Below, piece after piece: positions 47,060 to 57,486 of a stretch of DNA of 64,000 nucleotides. The stretch's first letter is position 1. The number at the start of each line of letters is the position of its first letter. The translations under genes and the position numbers were made by a program. Source of the DNA: Alphaproteobacteria bacterium (GTDB lineage: Bacteria; Pseudomonadota; Alphaproteobacteria; UBA11136); contig JADHSZ010000006.1 in the NCBI GenBank assembly GCA_016776635.1, forward strand, positions 10,629-74,628, read 5' to 3'. Under the pieces are notes generated by a model. The model ran no database searches and was not told the origin of the DNA. It saw only the letters and a list, made by a program, of their open reading frames with translations.

Positions 47060-47165
47060 AGATACAATTTTACCAAAATTCTATTAATGTTCATTCTTTT
47101 TTAACTCGCGCCTAGCATACTCAGCCTGAAGGAATATTTCTAACTCCGATTAAGGGTTTTTACCC

Positions 47166-47180
47166 TGGCACGGGAATTGC
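47166..47180 (+). promoter_or_regulatory. Sigma54 promoter of the flgB operon
   Basis: TGGCAC-GGGAA-TTGC exact consensus. Confidence 0.85.
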
Positions 47181-47308
47181 GTCGTGGAGAACACCGGAAA
47201 CGGCGGGGCTTCCTTTTATGAGCGGCTTTCAAGTCTTTTTCGGTGGGGGCCTCGGGCGTCCGGGCGCACCCCTGACCAGACCATAACCTGATTATTCGGT
47301 GGACACAG

Positions 47309-47728
47309 ATGGCTCTTACTGATCTTCCTATTTTTTCCATGATTTCCAAGCGCTTAGCCTGGCTTGCCCAGCGCCAGCGCATACTCTCCCAGAATATTTC
47401 CAACGCCGATACGCCGCGCTACAAGGCCAAGGATCTCGAAGAGCTGGACTTCGATAAAATTCTGCGCCAGACCCGGTTCAGGAATTTCAAAATGAAGGCC
47501 TCGAGCCCGGCACATATTGCCTCAAGCACTACCGAGGCGACCCGGCCCAACAAATACCGCATCATCCAACAGGAAACCGATTATGAAACGGCCCTGATGG
47601 GCAATTCGGTCTCTCTGGAAGAACAGCTCATGGCCTCTTCGCAGACGGCCATGGATTATGAAATGACCACCAATCTTTACAAGAAGCATTTGCAGATGTT
47701 CCGCGATGCCATCGGTCGCATCAGATAA
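47309..47728 (+). CDS. flgB: Rod protein FlgB
   Basis: WLAQRQRILSQNISNADTPRYKAKDL, GNSVSLEEQ. Confidence 0.94.
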   Translation: MALTDLPIFSMISKRLAWLAQRQRILSQNISNADTPRYKAKDLEELDFDKILRQTRFRNFKMKASSPAHIASSTTEATRPNKYRIIQQETDYETALMGNSVSLEEQLMASSQTAMDYEMTTNLYKKHLQMFRDAIGRIR

Positions 47729-47750
47729 CCTGGAATAGAGGAAGGAACCA

Positions 47751-48161
47751 ATGGGAGACCTCACTGATTCTCTGAAAATTTCAGCCGCCGGCATGAAAGT
47801 GCAGGGCGTGCGCGTACGTGTGATTTCGGAAAACATGGCCAACGCCGATTCTCTGGCCATGACGCCCGGTGGCGATCCCTACCGCCGCCAGATCATTTCC
47901 TTCCAGAATACCCTGGACCGGGAACTGGGACTCAAGACCGTGAACGTGAGGAAGATCGGCGAGGACTCGTCCGAATTCGGCAAGAGGTATGATCCCGGTC
48001 ATCCCGCGGCCGACGACATCGGCTATGTCCAGACCACCAACGTCAACGGGCTTATAGAAATGATGGACATGCGTCAGGCTCAGCGCAGTTATGAAGCCAA
48101 TCTCAATGCCATTACCGTGTCAAAAACCATGCTCCAACGCACGGTGGATATGTTACGCTAG
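47751..48161 (+). CDS. flgC: Rod protein FlgC
   Basis: SAAGMKVQGVRVRVISENMANADS, DPYRRQ, YDPGHPAAD..GYV, AQRSYEANL. Confidence 0.96.
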   Translation: MGDLTDSLKISAAGMKVQGVRVRVISENMANADSLAMTPGGDPYRRQIISFQNTLDRELGLKTVNVRKIGEDSSEFGKRYDPGHPAADDIGYVQTTNVNGLIEMMDMRQAQRSYEANLNAITVSKTMLQRTVDMLR

Positions 48162-48216
48162 CTGAAGCTTCTTTTTCCCGTTCCCGATTTCCGCCCCGAT
48201 TTCTGGAGTACCCTTT

Positions 48217-48525
48217 ATGCCCATGAATATCGACAACGTTATTTCCGCCTATACCGACCCCACCAAGGGTGGCGGCGGTCTGGAATCGCGTAATAAGGTG
48301 GACCCGGGCGAGGATTTCGCCTCCTTGGTGAAACAGGCCGCGGAAACCGCCCTCGAGGCCAGCGAAAAAAGCGAACTGATGAGCATGCAGTCGCTCTCCG
48401 GCAAGACGGACATCACCGAGGTGGTGGCCGCCGTGGCCAATGCCGAACTGACCCTGCAGACGGTGATTGCCGTTCGTGACAGGGTGATCCAGGCTTATCA
48501 GGAAATTATCCGTATGCCCCTATAG
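48217..48525 (+). CDS. fliE: FliE
   Basis: EVVAAVANAELTLQTVIAVRDRVIQAYQEIIRMP. Confidence 0.94.
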   Translation: MPMNIDNVISAYTDPTKGGGGLESRNKVDPGEDFASLVKQAAETALEASEKSELMSMQSLSGKTDITEVVAAVANAELTLQTVIAVRDRVIQAYQEIIRMPL

Positions 48526-48538
48526 CGCAGGTGGCGTT

Positions 48539-48805
48539 ATGAATCAGCTCGAAGTTCTTGAAATTGCGCGTGATGCGGTGATCGTGGTGATCAAGATTGC
48601 CTCGCCCGTCATGCTGATCGCGCTTCTCGTGGGTCTGACGGTTTCCCTGTTCCAGGCTCTGACCCAGATCCAGGAAATGACCCTGGCCTTTGTGCCGAAG
48701 ATTTTGGTGATCTTCATTTCCATGGTTGTTTTTCTGCCCTTCATGCTGGCGACCCTGATGGAGTTCGCCAAACAGCTTATGGACCGCATCGTTGCCCTTG
48801 GCTGA
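48539..48805 (+). CDS. fliQ: FliQ
   Basis: LLVGLTVSLFQALTQIQEMTLAFVPKI. Confidence 0.96.
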   Translation: MNQLEVLEIARDAVIVVIKIASPVMLIALLVGLTVSLFQALTQIQEMTLAFVPKILVIFISMVVFLPFMLATLMEFAKQLMDRIVALG

Positions 48806-48822
48806 AAGAGTTCCAGGCGCCC

Positions 48823-49587
48823 ATGCTCGATGACCTGATCCGCACCAGTTTTTTTGCTTTTTTCCTGGTTTTTTGCCGTTGCGGGTCGGCGATGATGCTG
48901 CTTCCCGGGCTCGGCGAACCTTTTATCTCTCCGCGTATCCGGCTCACGCTGGGGTTGGCTTTGAGCCTCGTCATCACGCCGCTGGCCTCGCCCACGCTTC
49001 CCGCCATGCCGGACAGCGGCCTGCTGCTTTTCTTGCTGATCGCCGGAGAAATCATCATCGGTCTTTTTATCGGCATTGTGGCGCGGTTTCTGCTCTCGTC
49101 CCTCCAGGTGGGCGGCATGGCCATCGCCTATCAGTCGGGACTTGCCAACGCCTTCGTGCGTGACCCCACCTCTGCTTCCCAGGGGGCGCTGTTCGGGGCC
49201 TTCCTGACCATCCTCGGGGTTCTGCTTATCATGGTGACTGATCTGCATTACATATTTATCGCGGCTCTGGTGGACAGCTATTCTCTATTCATTCCCGGAA
49301 ACCCTCTTCCCGTTGATGGCATCGCCGAAACCCTTGCCCGGGTAGTTTCGGACAGCTTCACCCTGGCCATAAGGATCGCGGCGCCGTTTATCGTGATGGG
49401 GCTGGTTTTCTACCTTGGTCTGGGACTTCTGGGACGGCTGATGCCGCAGATTCAGGTTTTTTTCATCGTTCTGCCGGTACAGATCGTCCTTGGCTGGACG
49501 GTCATGGCGCTCACCGTGGCCACGGCGATGGCCCTGTTCCTGCGTTCGTTCGAGACCCATTATGTGGATATATTCGTGATCAGGTGA
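48823..49587 (+). CDS. fliR: FliR
   Basis: Multi-TM; LPGLGE..ISPRIRL, GEIIIGL, LGRLMPQIQVFF. Confidence 0.94.
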   Translation: MLDDLIRTSFFAFFLVFCRCGSAMMLLPGLGEPFISPRIRLTLGLALSLVITPLASPTLPAMPDSGLLLFLLIAGEIIIGLFIGIVARFLLSSLQVGGMAIAYQSGLANAFVRDPTSASQGALFGAFLTILGVLLIMVTDLHYIFIAALVDSYSLFIPGNPLPVDGIAETLARVVSDSFTLAIRIAAPFIVMGLVFYLGLGLLGRLMPQIQVFFIVLPVQIVLGWTVMALTVATAMALFLRSFETHYVDIFVIR

Positions 49588-49590
49588 TAC

Positions 49591-50667
49591 ATGGCCGAAG
49601 GCGAAGACGAATCACAAAAAACAGAAGACCCGACGCAAAAAAAGCTGGATGACGCCCGCAAGAAAGGTGACGTGGCCACCTCGCGCGAGGTCAACCACTG
49701 GTTCATCATCATGGCGCTCACCGTTTTTATGGTCATGTATGCGCCAAGCATGATGCATGACCTGAAAGTGGTCCTTTTCCGTTTCGTCGAGGCGCCGCAT
49801 CTCATTCCCACCGATTTCGAGCACCTGCGCGTGGTTTTTTCGAATTTGTTCAGAGATGTGATGGCGGTGCTGGTGGTGCCCATGGTGATTCTGGTGGCGG
49901 TGGCCGCGGCCACGGGGCTGGTCCAGCACGGACTCATCTTCTCCCCTGAAAAGATCAAGCCCAAGCTGGAAAAAATTTCCCTCATCTCCGGCTTCAAACG
50001 CCAGTTTTCCCTCAACGCCGTCATGGAATTCGTCAAGGCGGTTCTCAAGCTTTTGGTGGTGGCGGGGGTGGCGGTGTTCCTGATAGTGCCGGAATTCGAC
50101 AACATCGACATCATTTCTAACCGTGAAACAACGCAGATCCTGGACCTTCTTTATTCCCTCGCCATCCGCCTTCTTCTAGGTGTTTTTTCCGTAGTGACGT
50201 TGATCGCCCTGGCCGATCTAATCTACCAGCGCAACCAGCACAACAAGAAGATGCGTATGTCGCAACAGGAACTCAAAGACGAATATAAACAGACCGAAGG
50301 CGATCCCATGATCAAGGGCCGCTTGAAGCAGATTCGCATGGAGCGGGCGCGCCGCCGCATGATGGCCGAGGTTCCCGAGGCCGATGTGGTCATCACCAAC
50401 CCCACCCATTATGCGGTGGCCCTGAAATACGACCAGGAAGAAGGCATGGAAGCGCCGCTCTGCGTAGCCAAGGGCGTGGACAACCTGGCCCTGAAAATCA
50501 GGGAGATTGCTGAGGAAAACGATGTGGCTATCGTCGAAAATCAGCCTTTGGCGCGGGCGCTTCATGCCGGTATGGAAATTGGCGATGAAATTCCCGAAGA
50601 GCATTACAAGGCCGTGGCCGAGGTCATCAGCTACGTCTACCGCCTGAAAAACAAAACCCTCCATTAA
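49591..50667 (+). CDS. flhB: FlhB
   Basis: KTEDPTQKKL..ARKKG.V..SRE, EYKQTEGDP, autocleavage NPTH motif. Confidence 0.97.
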   Translation: MAEGEDESQKTEDPTQKKLDDARKKGDVATSREVNHWFIIMALTVFMVMYAPSMMHDLKVVLFRFVEAPHLIPTDFEHLRVVFSNLFRDVMAVLVVPMVILVAVAAATGLVQHGLIFSPEKIKPKLEKISLISGFKRQFSLNAVMEFVKAVLKLLVVAGVAVFLIVPEFDNIDIISNRETTQILDLLYSLAIRLLLGVFSVVTLIALADLIYQRNQHNKKMRMSQQELKDEYKQTEGDPMIKGRLKQIRMERARRRMMAEVPEADVVITNPTHYAVALKYDQEEGMEAPLCVAKGVDNLALKIREIAEENDVAIVENQPLARALHAGMEIGDEIPEEHYKAVAEVISYVYRLKNKTLH

Positions 50668-50750
50668 TCCGCCTCCGCACTCCTTTCCCATCACCATCTG
50701 ACCGCTTGGCGGCGGGCTCTCGTGTTTTCAGTCATGCGGTGGCGTGATTT

Positions 50751-53252
50751 ATGATAAAAAGAGCGGGCCGTTCATGGTTGGTTTCAGAGGCGGTTTCGGG
50801 GCCGGTTTTTAGGTCATGGAAAGGGGGGCGCGCCGTGGTTGCGCTTGGTGGAAAGCTCAAGGAATTATGGAGTCGGGCGGAGTCTTTGCTGCTGCGGCTT
50901 CCCACCCATATATCTTTTCCGGTCAAGCGCAAGGAAGGAGACCTTTTCGCCCGCGCCTTTGAATCACTACCCCATCCGCGCCTGATCGTCGGGCCTTCGG
51001 GCGAGACCATCTTCGTCAATTCCGCTTTCCATCATTTGTTTCACGCCGAGGGCGGGAAAGCCCTGCAGGCGCTCCAGGAACAGCTGATGCGGGACGAGGC
51101 CTCAGCCACGGCGGTGGCCCGGCTCCAGATCGCGGTGGCGGCCGGCGACGCCGACAGCGTGGATATCAAAATTCCCACCGACGACGGCGAGTATGAATGG
51201 CGCAATGTCTCGGTCTATCCCATTTCCGACCTGCCGGGATACGTGGTTTGGGGGGTGGAGGACACCACCGTGCACCGCCGCATGGAGGAAATTCTCCACC
51301 ACGAACAAGAGGCTCTCTCGGAATTTGTGGACAATGCGCCCATCGGTTTTTATTCGGTGGACGAACAGGGAAAATTCCTGCTCGTCAACAGCACCCTCGC
51401 CAGATGGCTGGAATGCTCCGCCGACGAGATCATCGGGGGAGATCTACATCTCCATGATTTCATCACTGATTCGCTGCCCGCTTCCTTGGCGCCTCACGAG
51501 CCGGGGTTGCGCGCGGTCAAGTCCTCCCTGGATTCCGCACCCATTACCCGCTACGACCGCGTTACCCTACGCGGCCGCAAGGGGCGTGTGGTCGAGGCCC
51601 AGATCAGCCAGAAACAAAGTCCCGGCGGTGGTGGCGAGCCTCTCACCAGATCGGTGGTGCATGACGTTACCGCCGAGCGCGAGCTGGAACGCGCCCTGCG
51701 CCAGTCGGTACAGCGTTTTCAGAGGTTTTTCGACGCCGCGCCCGGCGGCATCGCCGAGCTTGATCCCGATGGCGCCATTGTCGAATGCAATCTCGCCATG
51801 CGCGTGTTGTTGGGAGCGGGAGAACGGGATGTAGCAGGGTGGCGTCTGGCGGAGTTCATCGCACCCCAGGATCAGGACAAGTTTGAAAAGCTTCTTGCCG
51901 GGGCCGTATCGGAATCCGACAAAGGCGGTTCCGCAGAGGTCCGGCTTGCCATTGGAGATGAGGGGGAGTCGGGTCATGTGGCGTCCTTTTTCGCCAGCCG
52001 CCTGGAGGACGACGATGGCGAAATGGCCGGTCTCATTCTCCACGGCGTGGACACCTCCGAGCGCAAGAGCCTGGAAATGCAATTTGCCCAGTCCCAGAAA
52101 ATGGAAGCCGTGGGACAGCTCGCCGGCGGCATCGCCCACGATTTCAACAACCTTCTCACCGCCATGATCGGTTTCTGCGATCTGCTGCTGATACGCCACA
52201 AGCCCGGCGACCAGTCCTTCGCCGATATCATGCAGATCAAACAGAACGCCAACCGGGCGGCCAATCTGGTGCGCCAGTTGCTCGCCTTTTCCCGCCAGCA
52301 GACGGTGCAGTCAAAGGTGTTGAACGTGACCGAGGTGCTGGCGGACCTGTCCCATCTTATGCGCCGCCTCATCGGCGTTTCCATCGAGCTCAAGATGACC
52401 CACGGCCGGGATCTCGGCGTGGTGCTGATGGATCAGGGCCAGCTTGAACAGATCGTGGTCAACCTGGCCGTCAATGCCCGCGACGCCATGCCCGAAGGCG
52501 GCGCCCTGAGTGTGCGTACCGAGAACGTCTCGCTTTCCGATCCCGCCCCTTACGGCAGCGAGGTCATGCCCGTGGGCGATTATGTCCTGATCGAGGTCGT
52601 GGATAGCGGCCAGGGGATTGAAAAGGAGATTCTCGACCGCATTTTCGAGCCTTTCTTCTCCACCAAAGAGGTGGGGTTGGGGACCGGGCTCGGGCTCTCC
52701 ACCGTGCACGGCATCATCAGACAGGCCGATGGCTTTGTCTTCGTGGACAGCGAGCCGGGCCAAGGCACCAGGTTCAGTATTTTCCTGCCGCGCTACGTGG
52801 CCCAGTCCCAAGAGGAAGAGGCCGTTCAGGCAGGGGAGGGGGAAGAAGCGGTTCCGGCGACCCGCGACCTCACCGGCACCGGCACCGTGCTTCTGGTGGA
52901 AGACGAGGACGCGGTGCGTATGTTCAGCGCGCGGGCGCTGCGCAACAAGGGCTACAAGGTGCTGGAGGCGCGCAGCGGCGTCACCGCAACCGAGCTTATC
53001 AACATCACCCGGGATCCCATCGACCTGCTGATCACCGATGTTGTCATGCCCGATATGGACGGTCCCGCCCTGATTGAATGGATTCAGGAGAACCGGCCGC
53101 AGATCAAGGTCATCTGTATTTCCGGCTATGCCGAGGAGTCCTTTCGCCAGCGTCTCGACCGCAGCACCGATATCCATTTCCTGGCCAAGCCCTTCAGCCT
53201 CGATGAATTGGCGGGCAAGGTCAAAGAGGTCATGCAACAGGCCGCGGCTTAA
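50751..53252 (+). CDS. cckA: PAS-domain hybrid histidine kinase CckA (alternative start GTG 50835)
   Basis: QSQKMEAVGQLAGGIAHDFNNLLT, QNANRAANLVRQLLAFSR, GTGLGL, C-terminal REC domain; between flhB and recA. Confidence 0.85.
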   Translation: MIKRAGRSWLVSEAVSGPVFRSWKGGRAVVALGGKLKELWSRAESLLLRLPTHISFPVKRKEGDLFARAFESLPHPRLIVGPSGETIFVNSAFHHLFHAEGGKALQALQEQLMRDEASATAVARLQIAVAAGDADSVDIKIPTDDGEYEWRNVSVYPISDLPGYVVWGVEDTTVHRRMEEILHHEQEALSEFVDNAPIGFYSVDEQGKFLLVNSTLARWLECSADEIIGGDLHLHDFITDSLPASLAPHEPGLRAVKSSLDSAPITRYDRVTLRGRKGRVVEAQISQKQSPGGGGEPLTRSVVHDVTAERELERALRQSVQRFQRFFDAAPGGIAELDPDGAIVECNLAMRVLLGAGERDVAGWRLAEFIAPQDQDKFEKLLAGAVSESDKGGSAEVRLAIGDEGESGHVASFFASRLEDDDGEMAGLILHGVDTSERKSLEMQFAQSQKMEAVGQLAGGIAHDFNNLLTAMIGFCDLLLIRHKPGDQSFADIMQIKQNANRAANLVRQLLAFSRQQTVQSKVLNVTEVLADLSHLMRRLIGVSIELKMTHGRDLGVVLMDQGQLEQIVVNLAVNARDAMPEGGALSVRTENVSLSDPAPYGSEVMPVGDYVLIEVVDSGQGIEKEILDRIFEPFFSTKEVGLGTGLGLSTVHGIIRQADGFVFVDSEPGQGTRFSIFLPRYVAQSQEEEAVQAGEGEEAVPATRDLTGTGTVLLVEDEDAVRMFSARALRNKGYKVLEARSGVTATELINITRDPIDLLITDVVMPDMDGPALIEWIQENRPQIKVICISGYAEESFRQRLDRSTDIHFLAKPFSLDELAGKVKEVMQQAAA

Positions 53253-53323
53253 GGCCTGTCCCACCCTTATTCGCCGTCTTTGATGTTGCTGTTTCGAAAC
53301 AATACTGACCTTTTTGGCTAGAT

Positions 53324-53365
53324 GTTCATGAAATATTCTCTTGCAAATGAGAACAAAACATGCAC
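53324..53365 (+). promoter_or_regulatory. Alpha-type LexA (SOS) boxes upstream of recA
   Basis: GTTC-N7-ATTC (53324-53338) and GAAC-N7-GCAC (53351-53365), each one mismatch from GTTC-N7-GTTC / GAAC-N7-GAAC. Confidence 0.7.
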
Positions 53366-53428
53366 ATCCTGACTCCAAGATGAGACATTGATTGATATTC
53401 ACCCCTGTGAAATAAGAGGGAGGCAGAC

Positions 53429-54568
53429 ATGGCCGAGGCGGCAATTCGTTTGGTTGATAAGGATAATATGGACAAGGAAAAGGCTCTCGAGGCGGCGCTG
53501 GGACAGATTGAGCGCAGCTTCGGCAAGGGCTCGATCATGAAATTCGGCCAGCGCGAAGGCGTGGTGGAGGCAGAAGCCGTCTCTACCGGCTCGCTGGGCC
53601 TCGATATCGGGCTTGGCATCGGTGGTCTGCCCCGTGGCCGCGTGGTGGAAATCTATGGTCCGGAAAGCTCCGGCAAGACCACCCTGGCCCTGCATGTGGT
53701 AGCCGAGGCCCAGAAGACCGGCGGCACCTGTGCCTTTATCGACGCCGAACACGCGCTCGACCCGGCCTATGCACGCAAGCTGGGCGTCAATGTGGACGAT
53801 TTGCTGATTTCCCAGCCCGACGCCGGGGAACAGGCGCTGGAGATCACCGATACCCTGGTGCGCTCGGGCGCGGTGGACGTGCTGGTGATCGACAGCGTCG
53901 CGGCGCTGGTGCCGCGGGCCGAGCTTGAGGGCGAGATGGGAGATTCCCATATGGGTCTGCACGCCCGTCTCATGAGCCAGGCTCTGCGCAAGCTCACGGG
54001 TTCCATCGCCAAATCGCGCTGCACCGTGGTCTTCATCAACCAGATACGCCACAAGATCGGCGTCATGTTCGGCAGTCCGGAAACCACCACCGGCGGCAAT
54101 GCCCTGAAATTCTACGCCTCGGTGCGGCTCGACATCCGTCGTATCGGCGCCATCAAGGACCGTGACCGGGTGATCGGCAACCAGACCCGGGTCAAGGTGG
54201 TCAAGAACAAGATGGCGCCGCCCTTCAAGGTGGTGGAATTCGACATCATGTATGGCGAAGGCATCTCCCGGCTCGGTGAAATCATCGATCTCGGCGTCCA
54301 GGCCGAGGTGGTGGAAAAATCAGGCGCCTGGTTCTCCCATGACGGGGAACGCATCGGCCAGGGCCGCGAAAACGCCAAGACGTATCTGCGCGAGCATCCG
54401 GAAGTGGCGGAAAAGGTCGAACAGGCGATCCGTAATGACGCCGGTCTCGGCGGCGCCGATGTGATGGGTGGTGCGGCTGCTGACGGCGAAGAGGCGCCGG
54501 ATGAAACCAGCGATGAAACATCTGAGGAAATATCTGAAGAAACAGCCGCCAAAGCGGCCAAGTCATAA
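53429..54568 (+). CDS. recA: Recombinase RecA
   Basis: [38 protein letters not shown]. Confidence 0.99.
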   Translation: MAEAAIRLVDKDNMDKEKALEAALGQIERSFGKGSIMKFGQREGVVEAEAVSTGSLGLDIGLGIGGLPRGRVVEIYGPESSGKTTLALHVVAEAQKTGGTCAFIDAEHALDPAYARKLGVNVDDLLISQPDAGEQALEITDTLVRSGAVDVLVIDSVAALVPRAELEGEMGDSHMGLHARLMSQALRKLTGSIAKSRCTVVFINQIRHKIGVMFGSPETTTGGNALKFYASVRLDIRRIGAIKDRDRVIGNQTRVKVVKNKMAPPFKVVEFDIMYGEGISRLGEIIDLGVQAEVVEKSGAWFSHDGERIGQGRENAKTYLREHPEVAEKVEQAIRNDAGLGGADVMGGAAADGEEAPDETSDETSEEISEETAAKAAKS

Positions 54569-54656
54569 ACCGGCCCATGGTTCCAATTACCTGGGGCCTG
54601 TAAGGCCGGGACTTCGATCTTACAGCCGGGCCCCCGTGGTTGGCGCTCATGGGTCT

Positions 54657-54695
54657 GAAAGGGACGTGCGGTGATCCGCGCGTCCCTTTCTGTTT
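54657..54695 (+). terminator. Intrinsic terminator after recA
   Basis: GAAAGGGACGTGCGG-TGAT-CCGCGCGTCCCTTTC followed by TGTTT. Confidence 0.7.
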
Positions 54696-54759
54696 GCCGC
54701 TCCGCTATCAGTCCTGACCCGCCCTAGACACGGTTGGGGGGGCGGGTTAAAAGCATGGG

Positions 54760-57429
54760 ATGGAGACCAGCAACGATATCCGCGCCGCCTTTCTCGATTA
54801 CTTCGCGAAAAACGACCACGAAATCGTGGCCTCCGGTCCGCTGGTGCCCCACAACGATCCCACCCTGCTCTTCACCAATGCCGGGATGGTCCCCTTCAAG
54901 AATGTCTTTACCGGGGCCGAATCGCGGAACATCCCCCGCGCCGCCACCAGCCAGAAATGTGTGCGCGCCGGCGGCAAACACAATGACCTTGATAATGTGG
55001 GCTATACCGCCCGCCACCACACCTTCTTCGAAATGCTGGGGAACTTCTCCTTCGGCGACTATTTCAAGGACGTGGCCCTCGATCTGGCCTGGAACCTGAT
55101 CACCCGCGAATTCGCCGTGCCCGCCGAGCGGCTGACGGTGACGGTCTACGCCGACGATGACGAAGCCTTCGAACTCTCGCGCAAGATCACCGGCCTGCCG
55201 GACTCGCGAATCCTGCGTATCGACGGCGCCGACAATTTCTGGTCCATGGGCGATACCGGACCTTGTGGACCCTGCGCCGAAATCTTCTATGACCACGGCG
55301 AGGACATTCCCGGTGGCCCGCCCGGCTCAGCCGATGCCGAGGGCGACCGTTTCGTGGAAATCTGGAATCTGGTCTTCATGCAGTATGACCGTCTCTCGGC
55401 CGAAGAGCGTGTGGACCTGCCTCGGCCCAGTATCGACACCGGTATGGGGCTGGAACGCATCGCCGCGGTACTACAGGGCGTTCACAATAATTACGACACG
55501 GACCTTTTTAAGCATTTGATCGAGGCCTCCCAGGAGATCACGGGGGTCAAGGCCGAAGGCGACAAAATCGTATCCCACCGGGTCATCGCCGATCATCTGC
55601 GCGCTGTGTGTTTCCTGATGGCCGACGGTGTCCTGCCCTCCAACGAGGGGCGCGGCTACGTACTGCGGCGGATCATGCGCCGTGCCATGCGCCACATGCA
55701 TATGCTGGGTGGGCGCGAACCCCTCATGTGGCGGCTGGTGCCGCCGCTGATCAGTGAAATGGGCCAGGTCTATCCGGAGCTGGGCCGGGCCCAGGCCCTG
55801 ATGACGGAAATCCTCAAGCTCGAGGAAACCCGCTTCCAGAAGACTCTGGAGCGGGGGCTGAAACTGCTTTCGGAGGAAACCGGCAAGCTGGCGCGCGATG
55901 CGGCGCTGCCCGGCGCCGCCGCCTTCAAGCTCTATGACACCTATGGTTTTCCCCTTGACCTGACCCAGGACGTGCTGCGTGGCCAGGGGAGGGAGGTGGA
56001 CGTGGATGGTTTCAACGCCGCCATGGATCGTCAGAAGGAAGAGGCCCGCGCCGCCTGGGCCGGTTCCGGCGAGGCGGCCACGGAAAAAATCTGGCTCGAG
56101 ATCGGCCAGCGCGTGGGGGGCACGGAATTTCTCGGCTATGACATAGAGGCCGCCGAGGGTGAAGTGGTGGCCCTGGTGGTGGACGGAAAGGAAGTGGACA
56201 AGGCGGGCAAGGGCGAGGTTTCCCTGATCGTCAACCAGACGCCCTTCTATGGCGAATCCGGCGGCCAGATGGGCGACAGCGGGGTTGCCCTGGGTTTGGG
56301 GCAGGGAAAGAAACGCGCCCGCATGGAAATTTCCGACACCGCCAAGTTTCTCGGCAACCTGCATGTGCATACGGGCAAGGTGACGTCGGGAGCCTTCGCC
56401 GTGGGCGAGGTGGTGGAACTCGCCGTTGACCATGAACGCCGCGCCCGGCTGCGCGCCAATCATTCCGCCACCCATCTTCTGCACCGTGCCTTGCGCGGGC
56501 TGCTGGGCGATCACGTGACCCAGAAGGGGTCTCTGGTGGCTCCCGACCGGCTGCGCTTCGATATCAGTCACCCCAAGGCGGTGAGCCACGAGGAGCTTGC
56601 GGCAGTCGAATCGGAAGTCAACGCCCGCATCCGCGGCAACGATGAAGTGACGACCCGGCTTATGACTCCCGACGAGGCCGTGGAACACGGCGCCATGGCC
56701 CTGTTCGGCGAAAAATACGGCGACGAAGTGCGGGTGGTCTCCATGGGCGGAGAAAATGCTGCGGCGGGCGGGGAGGCTCCCTATTCCATGGAGTTGTGCG
56801 GCGGCACCCATGTGCGCCGCGCCGGCGATATCGGGTTCTTCCATATCTCCGGTGAATCCGCCGTGGCTGCCGGGGTGCGGCGCATCGAGGCATTAACCGG
56901 CGAGGCCGCCGTGGCTGCCGTGGCCGAGCAGGAAGCCCAGCTCTTGGCGGCGGCATCCGCCATGAAGGCGGCGCCGGGCGATCTCGAATCCCGTGTGGTG
57001 TCCCTGTTGGAGGAACGTAAAAAACTGGAGCGCGATCTTTCCGAGGCGCGCCGTGCCATGGCTGGCGGCGGCAACGGCGCCGACGGCGGTGATTCCGACA
57101 AGAAGGTGGCCGGCGTCACCTTCGCTCCGCGCTGTCTCCAGGACATGCCCGCCAAGGAACTCAAACCCATGGCCGATGAGATGACGGCGCGCATGGGTTC
57201 GGGCGTGGTTGCTCTGGTGGCGGTGAACGAGGGCAAGGCGTCGCTGGTGGTTTCCGTCACCGACGATCTGACGGAAAAATTCGACGCCGTATCCCTGGTG
57301 CGCATCGGCTCGGAAATCCTCGGCGGAAAAGGCGGGGGCGGGCGTCCCGACATGGCCCAGGCCGGTGGTCCCGACGGCGACAAGGCGGCGCAAGCGCTCG
57401 ACGCCATCGAAAAAGCGCTGGCGGGCTAG
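54760..57429 (+). CDS. alaS: Alanine--tRNA ligase
   Basis: [59 protein letters not shown]. Confidence 0.99.
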   Translation: METSNDIRAAFLDYFAKNDHEIVASGPLVPHNDPTLLFTNAGMVPFKNVFTGAESRNIPRAATSQKCVRAGGKHNDLDNVGYTARHHTFFEMLGNFSFGDYFKDVALDLAWNLITREFAVPAERLTVTVYADDDEAFELSRKITGLPDSRILRIDGADNFWSMGDTGPCGPCAEIFYDHGEDIPGGPPGSADAEGDRFVEIWNLVFMQYDRLSAEERVDLPRPSIDTGMGLERIAAVLQGVHNNYDTDLFKHLIEASQEITGVKAEGDKIVSHRVIADHLRAVCFLMADGVLPSNEGRGYVLRRIMRRAMRHMHMLGGREPLMWRLVPPLISEMGQVYPELGRAQALMTEILKLEETRFQKTLERGLKLLSEETGKLARDAALPGAAAFKLYDTYGFPLDLTQDVLRGQGREVDVDGFNAAMDRQKEEARAAWAGSGEAATEKIWLEIGQRVGGTEFLGYDIEAAEGEVVALVVDGKEVDKAGKGEVSLIVNQTPFYGESGGQMGDSGVALGLGQGKKRARMEISDTAKFLGNLHVHTGKVTSGAFAVGEVVELAVDHERRARLRANHSATHLLHRALRGLLGDHVTQKGSLVAPDRLRFDISHPKAVSHEELAAVESEVNARIRGNDEVTTRLMTPDEAVEHGAMALFGEKYGDEVRVVSMGGENAAAGGEAPYSMELCGGTHVRRAGDIGFFHISGESAVAAGVRRIEALTGEAAVAAVAEQEAQLLAAASAMKAAPGDLESRVVSLLEERKKLERDLSEARRAMAGGGNGADGGDSDKKVAGVTFAPRCLQDMPAKELKPMADEMTARMGSGVVALVAVNEGKASLVVSVTDDLTEKFDAVSLVRIGSEILGGKGGGGRPDMAQAGGPDGDKAAQALDAIEKALAG

Positions 57430-57486
57430 AGCGACGCTGAAGGGGGCGCGGCCTGTGATCCAAAGCGGGGATTGCTTGCGCTACAG

